From an uncultured virus (IMG/VR IMGVR_UViG_2934853166_000001) (lineage: Duplodnaviria; Heunggongvirae; Uroviricota; Caudoviricetes): a stretch of DNA of 64,000 nucleotides. The notes beneath the pieces are model-generated. The model was given only the letters and a program-made list of their open reading frames with translations, made no database searches and was not told where the DNA came from. Both the position numbers and the translations under genes were made by a program. The first letter of the stretch is position 1. Each line of letters begins with the position of its first letter. The stretch is taken from IMG/VR virus record IMGVR_UViG_2934853166_000001. One strand, given 5' to 3'. Below, one piece after another: positions 1 through 9,303 of the stretch.

Positions 1-942
1 ATGGCCAGCAAGCGCGGTGACCTACCCACGAACCTCGGCCCCATGCAGCCGTACATCAACTCGTTCCGGCTGGCGCTCCAAGTCGCCGAACTGTCCGACA
101 ACACCATGCGGATCTACACCGACGCCGCCACCTGGTTCGCCGGCTGGGCCATCAAAGGCGGAACCGTCCGCAAGTGGGAAGACGTGAACCGGGATCACCT
201 GCGGGCGTTCTTCATCCACATGCAGGAGATCGGCTACAGGCAGGGTTACCGCAACAACATCGCCCGGGGGCTGCAAGCGTTCTTCAAGTGGCTGGCCGAG
301 GAAGAGGAGCTGCCGAACCCGTTCAAGACGTTCAAGCCGCCGCCGCCGCCGAAGATCGGGGAGAAAACCCCGGAGGTGATCAGCAAGGAGGATCTGCGGG
401 CGCTGGTGAAGGACGCCGAGTCGGGGCGGGACTTCGAGTCCCGGCGGGACGCCGCGCTGCTACGCCTGTTCGCTTCGACGGGCTGCCGGCTGGCCGAGAT
501 CACCAACCTGCGGGTTGGGGACGTGGACGTGCGGAACCGCACCGCCGTAGTCACAGGCAAGGGCAACAAGACTCGCACCGTCAAGTTCGACGCGAAATGC
601 GCTCTCGCCTTGGACCGATACCTGCGTAAGCGAGCTGAGCATCCTGCGTCGAGGGACCACGACGCCCTGTGGTTTGGGGTGCGCCGCCGTATGCCGATGA
701 CGCCGTCCGGGATCCGGCAGGTCATCGAACGGCGTGGGGAGCGTCTGGGGTTGGACATCCACCCGCACCTGTTCCGGCACACGTTCTCCCACAACTGGCT
801 GGACGAGGGCGGCGCGGAGGGTGACCTGATGGAGTTGAACGGGTGGGACTCCCCGCAGATGCTACGCCACTACGGGGCGAGCGCGAAGGCAGCTCGGGCG
901 CGGCGGGCCTACGACCGCATCGACGTGATGCGCGGCGTGTAG
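1..942 (+). CDS. Tyrosine recombinase/integrase (XerC-like)
   Basis: RDAALLRLFASTGCRLAE (catalytic R), GKGNK (K), HPHLFRH (HxxR), LNGW (W in the H/W position), LRHY (Y); N-terminal core-binding helical domain. Confidence 0.96.
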   Translation: MASKRGDLPTNLGPMQPYINSFRLALQVAELSDNTMRIYTDAATWFAGWAIKGGTVRKWEDVNRDHLRAFFIHMQEIGYRQGYRNNIARGLQAFFKWLAEEEELPNPFKTFKPPPPPKIGEKTPEVISKEDLRALVKDAESGRDFESRRDAALLRLFASTGCRLAEITNLRVGDVDVRNRTAVVTGKGNKTRTVKFDAKCALALDRYLRKRAEHPASRDHDALWFGVRRRMPMTPSGIRQVIERRGERLGLDIHPHLFRHTFSHNWLDEGGAEGDLMELNGWDSPQMLRHYGASAKAARARRAYDRIDVMRGV

Positions 943-963
943 CCTGCCGCGCCCGATCAGGGG

Positions 964-1503
964 TTAGCTGCTGCGCTGGTTGGAGCGTGCCCGGGTGAAG
1001 GGCGTGACGGTGCTCTTGCCGTCGCTGTTGAGGATGCCCGCCGTTTCGGCTTTGAACTCTTCGGCGACGGACCTGATGTACCTGCGTCGGTCTTCGTCGG
1101 CGAGGCCCCGGATGGTGGCGTTGATGATCCTGCTGGCCCGCCGGTCGGCGCGCTTCTCCATTTGCTCGAACTCATACTCCATGAGCACGTCCAGGTCGCC
1201 TGCTTGTCGTTGCAGGATGCGGGTGACCATCCACGTGAATGCGGATCCGGCGGCGCAGAATCCGAGCACGATCGCAAACGCGAGGAACGCTAGGTAGTCG
1301 TGTGAGGGTGGCGCAGGTGGGCCGAGCGAGGCGTCGCGAAGGATGAACCCCCACAGGCCGACGGCTGCTCCTGCGAGGATGAGGGCTACGACCCCGTAGG
1401 CGCTGTGTCCGACCTTCTGTCGCTTGGCTTTGAGGCAGAGGATGGTCTTGTGTCGTTCGCTGATGACGGTTAGTTCTTGGCTGTCCTCGTCAACGTGGTG
1501 CAT
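964..1503 (-). CDS. Hypothetical membrane protein (2 TM + coiled coil)
   Basis: Two hydrophobic segments; ATG at 1503 chosen. Confidence 0.6.
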   Translation of the reverse strand: MHHVDEDSQELTVISERHKTILCLKAKRQKVGHSAYGVVALILAGAAVGLWGFILRDASLGPPAPPSHDYLAFLAFAIVLGFCAAGSAFTWMVTRILQRQAGDLDVLMEYEFEQMEKRADRRASRIINATIRGLADEDRRRYIRSVAEEFKAETAGILNSDGKSTVTPFTRARSNQRSS

Positions 1504-1638
1504 GGGGGTTTTGCTCCGTCCCTCGTGAGGCGTGAGAGGTCGGAGACGCTGTCGCGGGGCGTCTCCCCGCCGCGTGGCCGGGTTGGCGGGCGGCGGTGGC
1601 ACCGTCCAGCGGGGCTGGGGTGCGGGGAGGCGTCGCTG

Positions 1639-2508
1639 CTAGCCGGTGGGGGGTTCGGCGGGACAGGTTCGGCCGTGGTGTGGGCGGTCGCGCCCTTGTG
1701 CGGTTTGCGGGTGGGTGGGTTGTGGCCGCCAGGTGCCGACGATTGTGTAGGGCTGGCTGCTGCCGGTGAGGGTGTCGCTGGTGGCTCCGCCGGTGCAGGG
1801 GCCGGCGTGTTGGCCGGGGTGTGTGCTGTCGACGGCGGTGTCCGGGCCGGCGGTGGCCGTCGTGTGGTGGCGGTCGGCGGCTGGCGCGGCCTGTCCGGTG
1901 CGGGTGTTGGTGGCGGCCGGGTACTGCCGGGCGGTGTGGTCTGCGCCCGAGCCGGCGCGGTCATGGGGGTTGTCCGCTGGTGCCGGCTCGGGCGCAGTCT
2001 GGGGGCCGCTGTCGCGGCTCGGGGTGGTGGTGCTGGGTGGGCTGGTGGGTTCGTCGTCCGGGTCGCTGCCGGGCGGGTCTGCGGGCACGGGGGCGGGGCT
2101 GACGATGCCGGTGGTGGTGTCGAGGATCCGGTCGGTGGCATCGGTGGTGCGGTCGACGACGCGTCCGACGACGGGCAGGGGTGCGGTGACCGTGTCCACG
2201 ACGTCGGTGACCCGTTTGACGGTGGTGGTCGTCTGTTCTACGACGCCGCTGACGGCTCCCACGGTGCGCTTGGTGGCCTCGCGGACGGGTCGGGGCCGGG
2301 ACTTCGCCGGCTTGGCGTCGGGTGGCTCAACGGCCTGCCGGGCGGGTGTGAGGAGCCCTGCGACCGTGTCACGGACTGGGGTGGGTGGGGTGCCGGTGTC
2401 AGCATGGGCGTCGTCTGATGCGGCGAGCGCGAGGCCAAAACCGGCGAGGGCGGCGACTCCTATGAGTAGGAGCCGATGGTTGGTGCGCGCCGATGCGCTG
2501 GTGGCCAT
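1639..2508 (-). CDS. Secreted Pro/Thr-rich protein
   Basis: Signal-peptide-like N-terminus (LLLIGVAALAGFGLALAASDDAHA), low-complexity body. Confidence 0.55.
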   Translation of the reverse strand: MATSASARTNHRLLLIGVAALAGFGLALAASDDAHADTGTPPTPVRDTVAGLLTPARQAVEPPDAKPAKSRPRPVREATKRTVGAVSGVVEQTTTTVKRVTDVVDTVTAPLPVVGRVVDRTTDATDRILDTTTGIVSPAPVPADPPGSDPDDEPTSPPSTTTPSRDSGPQTAPEPAPADNPHDRAGSGADHTARQYPAATNTRTGQAAPAADRHHTTATAGPDTAVDSTHPGQHAGPCTGGATSDTLTGSSQPYTIVGTWRPQPTHPQTAQGRDRPHHGRTCPAEPPTG

Positions 2509-2715
2509 GAGTCGTCCCCCCGGACTCGACTGGTGCTCGCAACATGGCGGGTCCCGCTGGTGGGACCCACTTCAAGGTGTCATTTGAGTAATGGGATCCG
2601 CAAGATTGAGTAGCCGACTCTGCTCCGATGGTTCACGCGAAGCAAGTTTCACATGTTCGGACAGGCAGATGGTGAAAACATCCTGTGAGCGTCCGGTCAG
2701 GCAAGTAACGTGCCG

Positions 2716-3192
2716 TTAACCTTCGCCGCTGCTCACGGCAGGCCCGGGAATCATCCACCGATCGCCTGGCAGCAGGGTTGGCTGGGTGTCGCCGGTACGC
2801 CACACCACTAAGACCGGGATGCCGTCGTGTGGGCCGTCCGCCATGGCCTCGCGTTCGGGGGCGGTGGGCATCCGGGTTTCGATCCTGACCACACCGGTCA
2901 TGTCGATCGGCCGTTTCGGGTGGACCTTCCGCACCCGCGTATCTTGACCCTGCCGTGTGACAACCAGCCCCTCGGCGCGGAGGACGGCTACGGCGGCGCG
3001 GACGAGGCTGCGGCCGACGCCGTGGGTTTCGCACAGCCACCGGTCGGACGGAAAGAGGCTGCCGGGCGGGAGTTGGCCGGTGAGGATTTGGTCGCGGAGC
3101 AGCGAGGCCAGCTCGGTGGAGCTGCTCCGCCAGTCCCGGTCGACCACGGGGAAAGTCTCAACGCGACCGTCCGGTGACTCGCGGGCGACCAT
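2716..3192 (-). CDS. GntR-family winged-helix regulator
   Basis: LRDQILTGQLPPGSLFPS...HGVGRSLVRAAVAVLRAEGLV...QG GntR pattern. Confidence 0.85.
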   Translation of the reverse strand: MVARESPDGRVETFPVVDRDWRSSSTELASLLRDQILTGQLPPGSLFPSDRWLCETHGVGRSLVRAAVAVLRAEGLVVTRQGQDTRVRKVHPKRPIDMTGVVRIETRMPTAPEREAMADGPHDGIPVLVVWRTGDTQPTLLPGDRWMIPGPAVSSGEG

Positions 3193-3377
3193 GTTCGAAC
3201 ATGTCGACGCCGGTCGTGGCGCGGCCCGCACCCTCGGGGGGAGGTGCGGGCCGGGCTGGTGCTGGCGTCCCGCCACCTGGGGGGCTGATGCGGGGACGCG
3301 AGGATGATTCTACGCCGGTCGATGCGATGGTGCTGGGGCGTACGGTCCCGCCCCAGGCCGGACGGGTCAGACGGCGG

Positions 3378-3749
3378 TCAGGGCATGCCGAGGTAGGCTC
3401 GGGCCACCGTGACCGCCTGCTGCAAAGTCGACGACAGGATGCGCAGGCTCCAGCCCTCGGGAACCTCATCCCCGGCCTGCGCGGCGGAGTCGTGCAGGTT
3501 CGCCTCGGCGTCCAGCCAGTCGGCGACGGCCAGGGCGACGATCGGGTTCCACGATGCGATGTGCTGGGCGTCAGCGGTTGACGGCCAGCCGCCCTCGTGT
3601 GCGCCGACAGAGGCCACGACGCGCCCCCGGTATCCGGCTGGCGCGTCGATGCACAGGTTGTCGGTAGCCTGCCACGGTCCGGGTGTGGCGGCGGCGGCAC
3701 GCTCGCGGATCATCCGTGCGGCCTCGCGCAGGGGCTCCAAGTCCATCAT
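3378..3749 (-). CDS. Ead/Ea22-like phage protein
   Basis: ATPGPW...ADAQHIASWNP.VALAVADWL pattern. Confidence 0.6.
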   Translation of the reverse strand: MMDLEPLREAARMIRERAAAATPGPWQATDNLCIDAPAGYRGRVVASVGAHEGGWPSTADAQHIASWNPIVALAVADWLDAEANLHDSAAQAGDEVPEGWSLRILSSTLQQAVTVARAYLGMP

Positions 3750-3764
3750 CTCGGCCTCCTTCGG

Positions 3765-4091
3765 TCAGGCGTCGGCGGGGAACCGGTCGGCGACCTTGTC
3801 GACGCACGCCCCGACCACCTGCTGCGGGTTGTAGCCGAGGCTGGCGATAGCCACCAGCGCCGTGAACGCGGCGTCGGCCAGCTCGGCGGCCACATCGTCG
3901 CGGGTGTGGGTGACACCCTTGCGCGGGTTCTGGCCGACGGCCCCGATCCACGCGGATGCGGCCTCGCCGGCTTCTTCGACGAGCTTGAGGATGCGCAGCC
4001 CGATCTCTTCGCGGCTGGTGCCGTTGACGGCGTCGAGTTGGGCGGTGACACGGCGGACAGTGGCGTACAGGTCGGCGTGCTGGGCGGTCAT
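3765..4091 (-). CDS. MazG-like nucleotide pyrophosphohydrolase
   Basis: KLVEEAGE...GQNPRKG...ELAD (EExxE...ExxD motif). Confidence 0.85.
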   Translation of the reverse strand: MTAQHADLYATVRRVTAQLDAVNGTSREEIGLRILKLVEEAGEAASAWIGAVGQNPRKGVTHTRDDVAAELADAAFTALVAIASLGYNPQQVVGACVDKVADRFPADA

Positions 4092-4195
4092 CTGCGCCGC
4101 CTCGGTCGGGTGCCGGCGACGTGGATGAGGCTGAGCGCGGCGAACACGGCGAGGATGATCAGTGCGCCGATGACGGGGTCAGGCAGGTCGGGCAT
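4088..4195 (-). CDS. Small membrane peptide (35 aa)
   Basis: RBS GACAGGAG; MPDLPDPVIGALIILAVFAALSLIHV...; stop overlaps the next start. Confidence 0.5.
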   Translation of the reverse strand: MPDLPDPVIGALIILAVFAALSLIHVAGTRPRRRR

Positions 4196-4287
4196 GTGGG
4201 TCTCCTGTCGTTGGGGTTTGAACGGTTACGGCTGGGTCCGGGAATGCTGGGTCCGGCCCCGCCGTACACCGGTCACACGAGGCGGGC

Positions 4288-4710
4288 TCAGTCCCAAGTG
4301 GCGTTGTAGTCGTCGGCGGCGTTCCGATAGCCGGCCTTCTCCGCGTCGTCGGCGGTGGCGGCGTCCACGACACGGGTCCAGCGGTGGGACAGCATCGATT
4401 CGCGGCGGCCCTGCACCTCGTGCTCGCCGGGCAGGACGGCGTCCACGGTGTGGGTGGCGCACGGCCCGTTGCTGGCGAGACCCACAACCGTCCACCGGTC
4501 GGCGTGGGGTGGCGTGCTGGTGTCGGCGGTGATCAGGTGGGGGCCGATGGTGCGGAACGCGTCACGCGTCCACTCGATGGCCTCGTCGGCGGTGCGGGCG
4601 GTGACGTAGGCGGTGTGCACGTTGTGGCCGTAGGCGGTGTGGCGTCCGGCGACAGCACCGATGTGGTCGGGGCTGGTGCCGGTGATGGTGATGACAGTCC
4701 AGGTGGCCAT
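4288..4710 (-). CDS. Hypothetical phage protein
   Basis: RBS, operon context. Confidence 0.6.
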   Translation of the reverse strand: MATWTVITITGTSPDHIGAVAGRHTAYGHNVHTAYVTARTADEAIEWTRDAFRTIGPHLITADTSTPPHADRWTVVGLASNGPCATHTVDAVLPGEHEVQGRRESMLSHRWTRVVDAATADDAEKAGYRNAADDYNATWD

Positions 4711-4745
4711 GGGTTGGGCTCCGTTCGGTCAGTTGGCGGTGTCGG

Positions 4746-5063
4746 TCAGCTCGGCGGCCAGTTGGGGCGGGTGCTGCGCTCCCGGAAACTCTGGGCCCGA
4801 TCGAGGAAGTACCTGCCGAGCGTTTCCAGGTGCTCAGGGTCGGCCACGTCGACCCCGCCGACGTTGATCACGCCTACGAAGTCGAGGACGGTCAGGCTGC
4901 GCTTGTTGGTTCCGACGACCAGGGCGTGGCCGTAGCGGGGGCCGACGTAGACGCCAGGGTCGAGGCGGTCTTCCTCGTGGGTGTGGGCACCCTCGCCGAT
5001 GACATCGGCGATGTGGTCGGTGAGGGTGCCGTCGGCGGCGATCAGTTCCGGCTGGTGGTCCAC
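4746..5063 (-). CDS. Hypothetical phage protein
   Basis: GTG start after GGAGG, operon context. Confidence 0.6.
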   Translation of the reverse strand: MDHQPELIAADGTLTDHIADVIGEGAHTHEEDRLDPGVYVGPRYGHALVVGTNKRSLTVLDFVGVINVGGVDVADPEHLETLGRYFLDRAQSFRERSTRPNWPPS

Positions 5064-5065
5064 AG

Positions 5066-5329
5066 TCAGTCCTCCGGGTTGCTGTCGGCCCACTCCAGCC
5101 GGACCTCGCACCTGAGGTCGACGGGCAGCCAGTCCTCCCGGTAGGTGACCCAGCCGGGGCCGCTTTGGTATGGGGTGCGGGCGTCTCGGAGCCGTCGGAT
5201 TCGGAACTTCTGCGCTTCGGCTGCGGTCAGATGTTGCGCAGGCTGCACGAATCGTTCGGTGTAGCCGTCGTCGTGGGTGCGGGTTGTGGTGAGCCAGTAC
5301 GTGGGTTGCTCGGCGGGTTCGGTCGTCAC
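5066..5329 (-). CDS. Hypothetical phage protein
   Basis: Tight operon spacing. Confidence 0.55.
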   Translation of the reverse strand: MTTEPAEQPTYWLTTTRTHDDGYTERFVQPAQHLTAAEAQKFRIRRLRDARTPYQSGPGWVTYREDWLPVDLRCEVRLEWADSNPED

Positions 5330-5332
5330 CGG

Positions 5333-5722
5333 TCAGTCCTCCACGGGAAAGCCGTACGCCTGCGCCTCGGCCAGCAGGCCGGACACCTCGACGTACACGG
5401 TGTGGTCATCACGGGCGATGGCGGCGGCGATGCGGTGCCAGCCGTCGTTGACGGTGACTCCGTTGAACACCTCCACCTCGATTGGGTCGCTGCCGTCGTT
5501 GGCCCAGTTGCGGGTGAGCCAGGCGACGCGGGCGGTGTGGGTTCGGGTGGGGTGGCTGCTGTCGGCCCAGTCGCGGCGTCCGGGGTTCGAGGCGCGGCAG
5601 GCGTTGACGGCCTGCCGGTCGAGCGGACGGCAGCCTCGCCACGGCGGATTGCGGTACGGGTCGAAGGGGATCAGGTCGAGGAAGGCGTCCAGGTCGACGG
5701 GGACGACAAGGCGGGCTGCCAT
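5333..5722 (-). CDS. ParB/Srx-like N-terminal domain protein
   Basis: PIEV...VNDGWHRIAAA motif (DGxHR). Confidence 0.6.
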   Translation of the reverse strand: MAARLVVPVDLDAFLDLIPFDPYRNPPWRGCRPLDRQAVNACRASNPGRRDWADSSHPTRTHTARVAWLTRNWANDGSDPIEVEVFNGVTVNDGWHRIAAAIARDDHTVYVEVSGLLAEAQAYGFPVED

Positions 5723-5949
5723 CAGTCCTCCATCGGGTCGCAGGTGAGGCAGTCGACGGCGGCCACGGTCGGGTGGTTGATGCAGGTCAGCAGCACCTCA
5801 GCCCACGCTGGATGCCGGGCGGCGGTGAGACTTCCATCGGGATCGACGCTGGGGTCCACGTGCTGGATGAGGTGGCCGTCGATGAATACGGCGAGCAGGG
5901 CTCCGGCGGCACCGGAGGCGTCCTGGTGGGCGAAAGGCTGGCGGGTCAT
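5722..5949 (-). CDS. Hypothetical protein
   Basis: Overlapping stop/start, CxxC near C-terminus. Confidence 0.5.
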   Translation of the reverse strand: MTRQPFAHQDASGAAGALLAVFIDGHLIQHVDPSVDPDGSLTAARHPAWAEVLLTCINHPTVAAVDCLTCDPMED

Positions 5950-6137
5950 CGGCTCGCGGCCTTCGGCGGGAAGCGGAGGCCGAGGCTGCGCACCTCATGC
6001 CGCAGTGCTAGGTCCCGAAGCGCTTCCTCGATGCGGGGCCATCCCTCCGAATCAGAGTCGGACGGGCGGTCCAAGTACGCCTCGATGAGTAGTGCGGCGA
6101 TCTTGTGCGCCTCTCGCCGGGCCTCACGCTGGTTCAC
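5946..6137 (-). CDS. Hypothetical protein
   Basis: 4-bp overlaps with both neighbours. Confidence 0.5.
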   Translation of the reverse strand: MNQREARREAHKIAALLIEAYLDRPSDSDSEGWPRIEEALRDLALRHEVRSLGLRFPPKAASR

Positions 6138-6400
6138 GATTGGCCCTCCAAGTTCTGCTGGCGGGCAATCGCCTCGTCCCGGGTGGTAATGGTGAGGCTG
6201 CTCTGCCGTCGCCCCATGCTCACGCCGTACAAGCCGGCGCGGACGCGGAAGGTGGGCCGTTCGGCGAGGTGCGCGGCGAACGAGCGGGCACCCCGGCAGG
6301 TGCGGTCGGTGAAGAGGATCCGCCCGGTGCGGGTTTCGAAAACGAACCGGCGGTGGCCGGCGGCGTCAGCGGCGGCGATCTGGTCGTAGACGTGTCGCAT
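6134..6400 (-). CDS. Hypothetical protein, probably leaderless first gene of the leftward operon
   Basis: ATG 6 nt after a GATACT -10 box. Confidence 0.6.
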   Translation of the reverse strand: MRHVYDQIAAADAAGHRRFVFETRTGRILFTDRTCRGARSFAAHLAERPTFRVRAGLYGVSMGRRQSSLTITTRDEAIARQQNLEGQS

Positions 6401-6406
6401 GGGAAC

Positions 6407-6435
6407 AGTATCCGCCTCGACTGTTTGCGGGTCAA
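6407..6435 (-). promoter_or_regulatory. Sigma70/HrdB-type promoter
   Basis: TTGACC-N17-GATACT on minus strand. Confidence 0.6.
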
Positions 6436-6489
6436 GCGGGAACATGTTTACGATCGACACTCTAATGAACATGACGGGAGTTGAGACAG

Positions 6490-6744
6490 ATGGACACACA
6501 AACCCGCTACCCTCGGCGCGTGCCAAGACCCCGCTGGACCCCACCCAACGACGACGTAGCCGCCCGCATCGCCGAGGTGGTCAAGCGGCACAAGCAGTGG
6601 CACCAAGCCGAGCAGGAGTACAAGGCCCTACTCGCCGAGATCGCCGACCCCGCCAAGGACGACGTGCCGATTGCCCACCTAGCCGAGCGGCTCGGCGTGG
6701 AGCGGAAGACCGTGTACCGGCACCTCGGAAGGTCGATGAAGTGA
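6490..6744 (+). CDS. Small HTH protein
   Basis: PIAHLAERLGVERKTVYRHL. Confidence 0.75.
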   Translation: MDTQTRYPRRVPRPRWTPPNDDVAARIAEVVKRHKQWHQAEQEYKALLAEIADPAKDDVPIAHLAERLGVERKTVYRHLGRSMK

Positions 6745-7340
6745 TGAGCAGGGACGTTCAGACGTCGTTGTATCGCCTGCTTCGCGCTGACGGGCAGCTG
6801 CTCTACGTTGGGATCAGCCTGAATCTGGGCGTGAGGTGGAAAACCCACAGCGGCAAGAAGCCTGACTGGAGCCTCGTGGCGCGCGCCGAGGTCGAGCACT
6901 ATCCGAGCAGAGACGCAGCTTTGGACGCCGAGAGAACCGCGATTCAGACGGAGCGCCCGATCTGGAATGTCGTTCACAACCGTGGCATCCGGATGTTTGG
7001 CCCGGGGGTGCGACCCGCTCCTACCTCGACAACCGATCCGAATCCCGGAACGAGCAGCGACGCCGCGATCCTCGCCGAGGTGACTGCCCTTGCAGAGAAA
7101 TACCGACACACCAAAGCGCGCCACGAAAAGGCCGTTCGCGTACTCAGAAGGGCAGAGGCCGAGCGTGTCGCGGCGGCGGCAGTCGTTGAGGCGCTGCGGA
7201 AGCCGCTGCAACAGGAGATTGTTGCGGCGGCGAAGGCGGGGCGCTCGCCGAAGGTGATATGTGAACTGACCGGATACGGTCCGGAGCGGGTGCGTCAGCT
7301 TCTCCGCGCGGCAGGTGTGGAGCCGTTCGAGCGGCCTTGA
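6744..7340 (+). CDS. GIY-YIG nuclease fused to coiled coil/HTH
   Basis: LYR...LLYVGIS...RW..H...AE..AI..ERP.WN; C-terminal GRSPKVICELTGYGPERVRQLL. Confidence 0.8.
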   Translation: MSRDVQTSLYRLLRADGQLLYVGISLNLGVRWKTHSGKKPDWSLVARAEVEHYPSRDAALDAERTAIQTERPIWNVVHNRGIRMFGPGVRPAPTSTTDPNPGTSSDAAILAEVTALAEKYRHTKARHEKAVRVLRRAEAERVAAAAVVEALRKPLQQEIVAAAKAGRSPKVICELTGYGPERVRQLLRAAGVEPFERP

Positions 7341-7348
7341 TCCGGACG

Positions 7349-7392
7349 TGGGGAAGCCCCGGTGCTCGACGTGAGCAGCCGGGGCTTCCCCA
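7349..7392. terminator. Bidirectional hairpin terminator
   Basis: TGGGGAAGCCCCGG...CCGGGGCTTCCCCA between convergent genes. Confidence 0.75.
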
Positions 7393-7394
7393 TG

Positions 7395-7718
7395 TCAGCG
7401 TCGAGCGGTCTCGCCCATCTCGGCGCGGGACGGCGGGTCGGGGATCGCCGCCAGGTCGAACGGTTTCACCCAGCCGCCAAGCATCGGCTGCGCCTCCGTG
7501 GCCCACGTCTTCCACTGCCGCCGATACTCGCCCTGCGATCCCTCCCACCAGCAGCACAGCAGCACCTCATGGCGGGTCATGTCGTACTCGTCGCAGACCG
7601 TCTCTACCGCCTCGCCTGCCCACACCATGCCCGCCACGGCGTCGGTGGGGATGCCGCGCAGGTGCGGGTGGCCGAACCGGACGCGGGGCGAAATTTCGAT
7701 CACTGGGTCATTGCTCAC
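7395..7718 (-). CDS. DUF433-domain protein (antitoxin-like)
   Basis: IEISPRVRFGHPHLRG...V..MVWAGE.VETVCDEYDMTRHEV. Confidence 0.8.
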   Translation of the reverse strand: MSNDPVIEISPRVRFGHPHLRGIPTDAVAGMVWAGEAVETVCDEYDMTRHEVLLCCWWEGSQGEYRRQWKTWATEAQPMLGGWVKPFDLAAIPDPPSRAEMGETARR

Positions 7719-7719
7719 G

Positions 7720-8553
7720 TCAGGCGGCCTTCCTGGTCGTTGCGCCAGTCAACCATTTCCAACTTTTCCCGGAAACAATAGCCTGGATGCATCCTCTGCT
7801 CACCTGGTAACGGCGTGCTAGATCCCCTTGGCTCCTCCCCTCAGCCGCCAGGGTCCTTATCTGTATAACCTGAGAGGGAGTGAGTTTAGCCTTCTTGAGA
7901 ATTCCGTCGTACGCCCGGCCGCGACTCCACATGTCGTCTACGTTCTGCTGGCGGGTCCCGTAGTACAGGTGGGCAGGGTTGCAGCACGGCGGGTTGTCGC
8001 ACCTGTGGCATGTGTCAAATCCTTGGGGCCGCCGTACTCCTGTTGCCAACTCCAACGCGTAGGCGTGGGACGGTACCGATGGCCGCTCGCGCGAAACAAA
8101 GAGAAGCCCGTATCCGCATGGATCCACCGGGCCAGTCCACGGCCAACACGCCTCAGGTGAGGATATGGAAACCCGCGCCCAGAGCTTCTCTTCCGGCCCC
8201 ACCCTCTTTAGGTTAAGGGCTGGGTCTCGATGCTTCCCTTCAGTGGCGTCGTACCACAAGCTGTAGTGACGGCGGCACCTGCCTCGCGCCACCAGCTTCT
8301 TCCCGCAGTTGTCAATTACGCAGCCCGTCAAGCCCCTGGCGCTGATGGCGTCTGGGTAGGCAGTCGACTCCGACCGAACTCGGTTTTTGTGCTCTGCATG
8401 CCATCTCCGCCGCTCCCGGAGCAAAAGTGGGGGCGACGCTTCCCCGCATTCACATCTCACAGAGCGCCTTATTCGGTAATACCGTTGATCTTCGGGGATC
8501 GAAACCCGGCCCTCGTTCGGCAAAGAATGCCCAGCCAGTCGGTTGAACTTCAT
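7720..8553 (-). CDS. HNH homing endonuclease with Zn-finger and C-terminal HTH
   Basis: CWPWTG...GYG...CHRCDNPPCCNPAHL..GT.QQN..D; visibly lower GC; TAGAAT 6 nt before ATG. Confidence 0.88.
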   Translation of the reverse strand: MKFNRLAGHSLPNEGRVSIPEDQRYYRIRRSVRCECGEASPPLLLRERRRWHAEHKNRVRSESTAYPDAISARGLTGCVIDNCGKKLVARGRCRRHYSLWYDATEGKHRDPALNLKRVGPEEKLWARVSISSPEACWPWTGPVDPCGYGLLFVSRERPSVPSHAYALELATGVRRPQGFDTCHRCDNPPCCNPAHLYYGTRQQNVDDMWSRGRAYDGILKKAKLTPSQVIQIRTLAAEGRSQGDLARRYQVSRGCIQAIVSGKSWKWLTGATTRKAA

Positions 8554-8611
8554 GACCCAATTCTATCGGACTCTGCGCTAGTAGGTGTTATTCGGTTTTC
8601 CACCTCACTAT

Positions 8612-9010
8612 TCAGCGGCCGGCGGTCAGGATCGACCCGTAGAGCTGCGAGCCGTCAACGAGTTCGACCCTGACCCCGCCGGGTTTGGTGGAGCCGCCCC
8701 ACTCCGCGTACGTCTGCACGCCGCGAACGCCGGGGTGGTTGCCGGCGCGGATCATGTCGGCCACGGCCTGCGCCCACGACGGCGGATCGGTGGGGCTGGC
8801 CCGCACTGCGGGTGCCGGGTCGGGCTGCACCCACTCGCCGGTCCACACCTGCCCGGACTCGGCCTTCACAAACTGCATGTTGACCTTGCCGCTGATGGTG
8901 ACGCCGACCGGTTTCGGGCCGCCGTCCGTCGACCAGCGGGCCACAGTCCCGGCCCACGGCTGGACGGCCAGGCTCTCGGCAAGCCAGCCCTCGAAGTCGT
9001 GCACCCGCAT
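8612..9010 (-). CDS. Hypothetical protein
   Basis: TGATG coupling to upstream gene. Confidence 0.55.
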   Translation of the reverse strand: MRVHDFEGWLAESLAVQPWAGTVARWSTDGGPKPVGVTISGKVNMQFVKAESGQVWTGEWVQPDPAPAVRASPTDPPSWAQAVADMIRAGNHPGVRGVQTYAEWGGSTKPGGVRVELVDGSQLYGSILTAGR

Positions 9011-9303
9011 CAGGCCGCCTCGGCTCGGTCTGCAATCTGGTTGATCACTTGATGTAGGTCAGACAGGCGCACAGTGACCGTCTTGTCCTGCTCTGCGTTG
9101 CGCTTCGCGTCGGCGACCAGCTCGCGTAGCGCCGCCGACGGGTTGATGTCTCTCCGGGTCGCCTCATCCTCAAGCCAGGTGGCGAGGTCGTCGGACAGGC
9201 GGGTGGAGTACACCATCGTCACCTTGCGGGCGGTGGTGTCGACGGTGGCATCGGTCCAGTCGATGCGCTGGTTGGCGGCATGGGCGGCTTCATTACGATT
9301 CAT
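9010..9303 (-). CDS. Ribbon-helix-helix antitoxin (BrnA/CopG-like)
   Basis: VYSTRLSDDLATWLEDEATRRDINPSAALRELV RHH pattern; directly after toxin-like gene. Confidence 0.7.
   Translation of the reverse strand: MNRNEAAHAANQRIDWTDATVDTTARKVTMVYSTRLSDDLATWLEDEATRRDINPSAALRELVADAKRNAEQDKTVTVRLSDLHQVINQIADRAEAA

Noticed and set aside
3190..3210. Canonical actinobacterial LexA box
   Set aside because: Does not match TCGAAC-N4-GTTCGA spacing; kept only as an unnamed palindrome.
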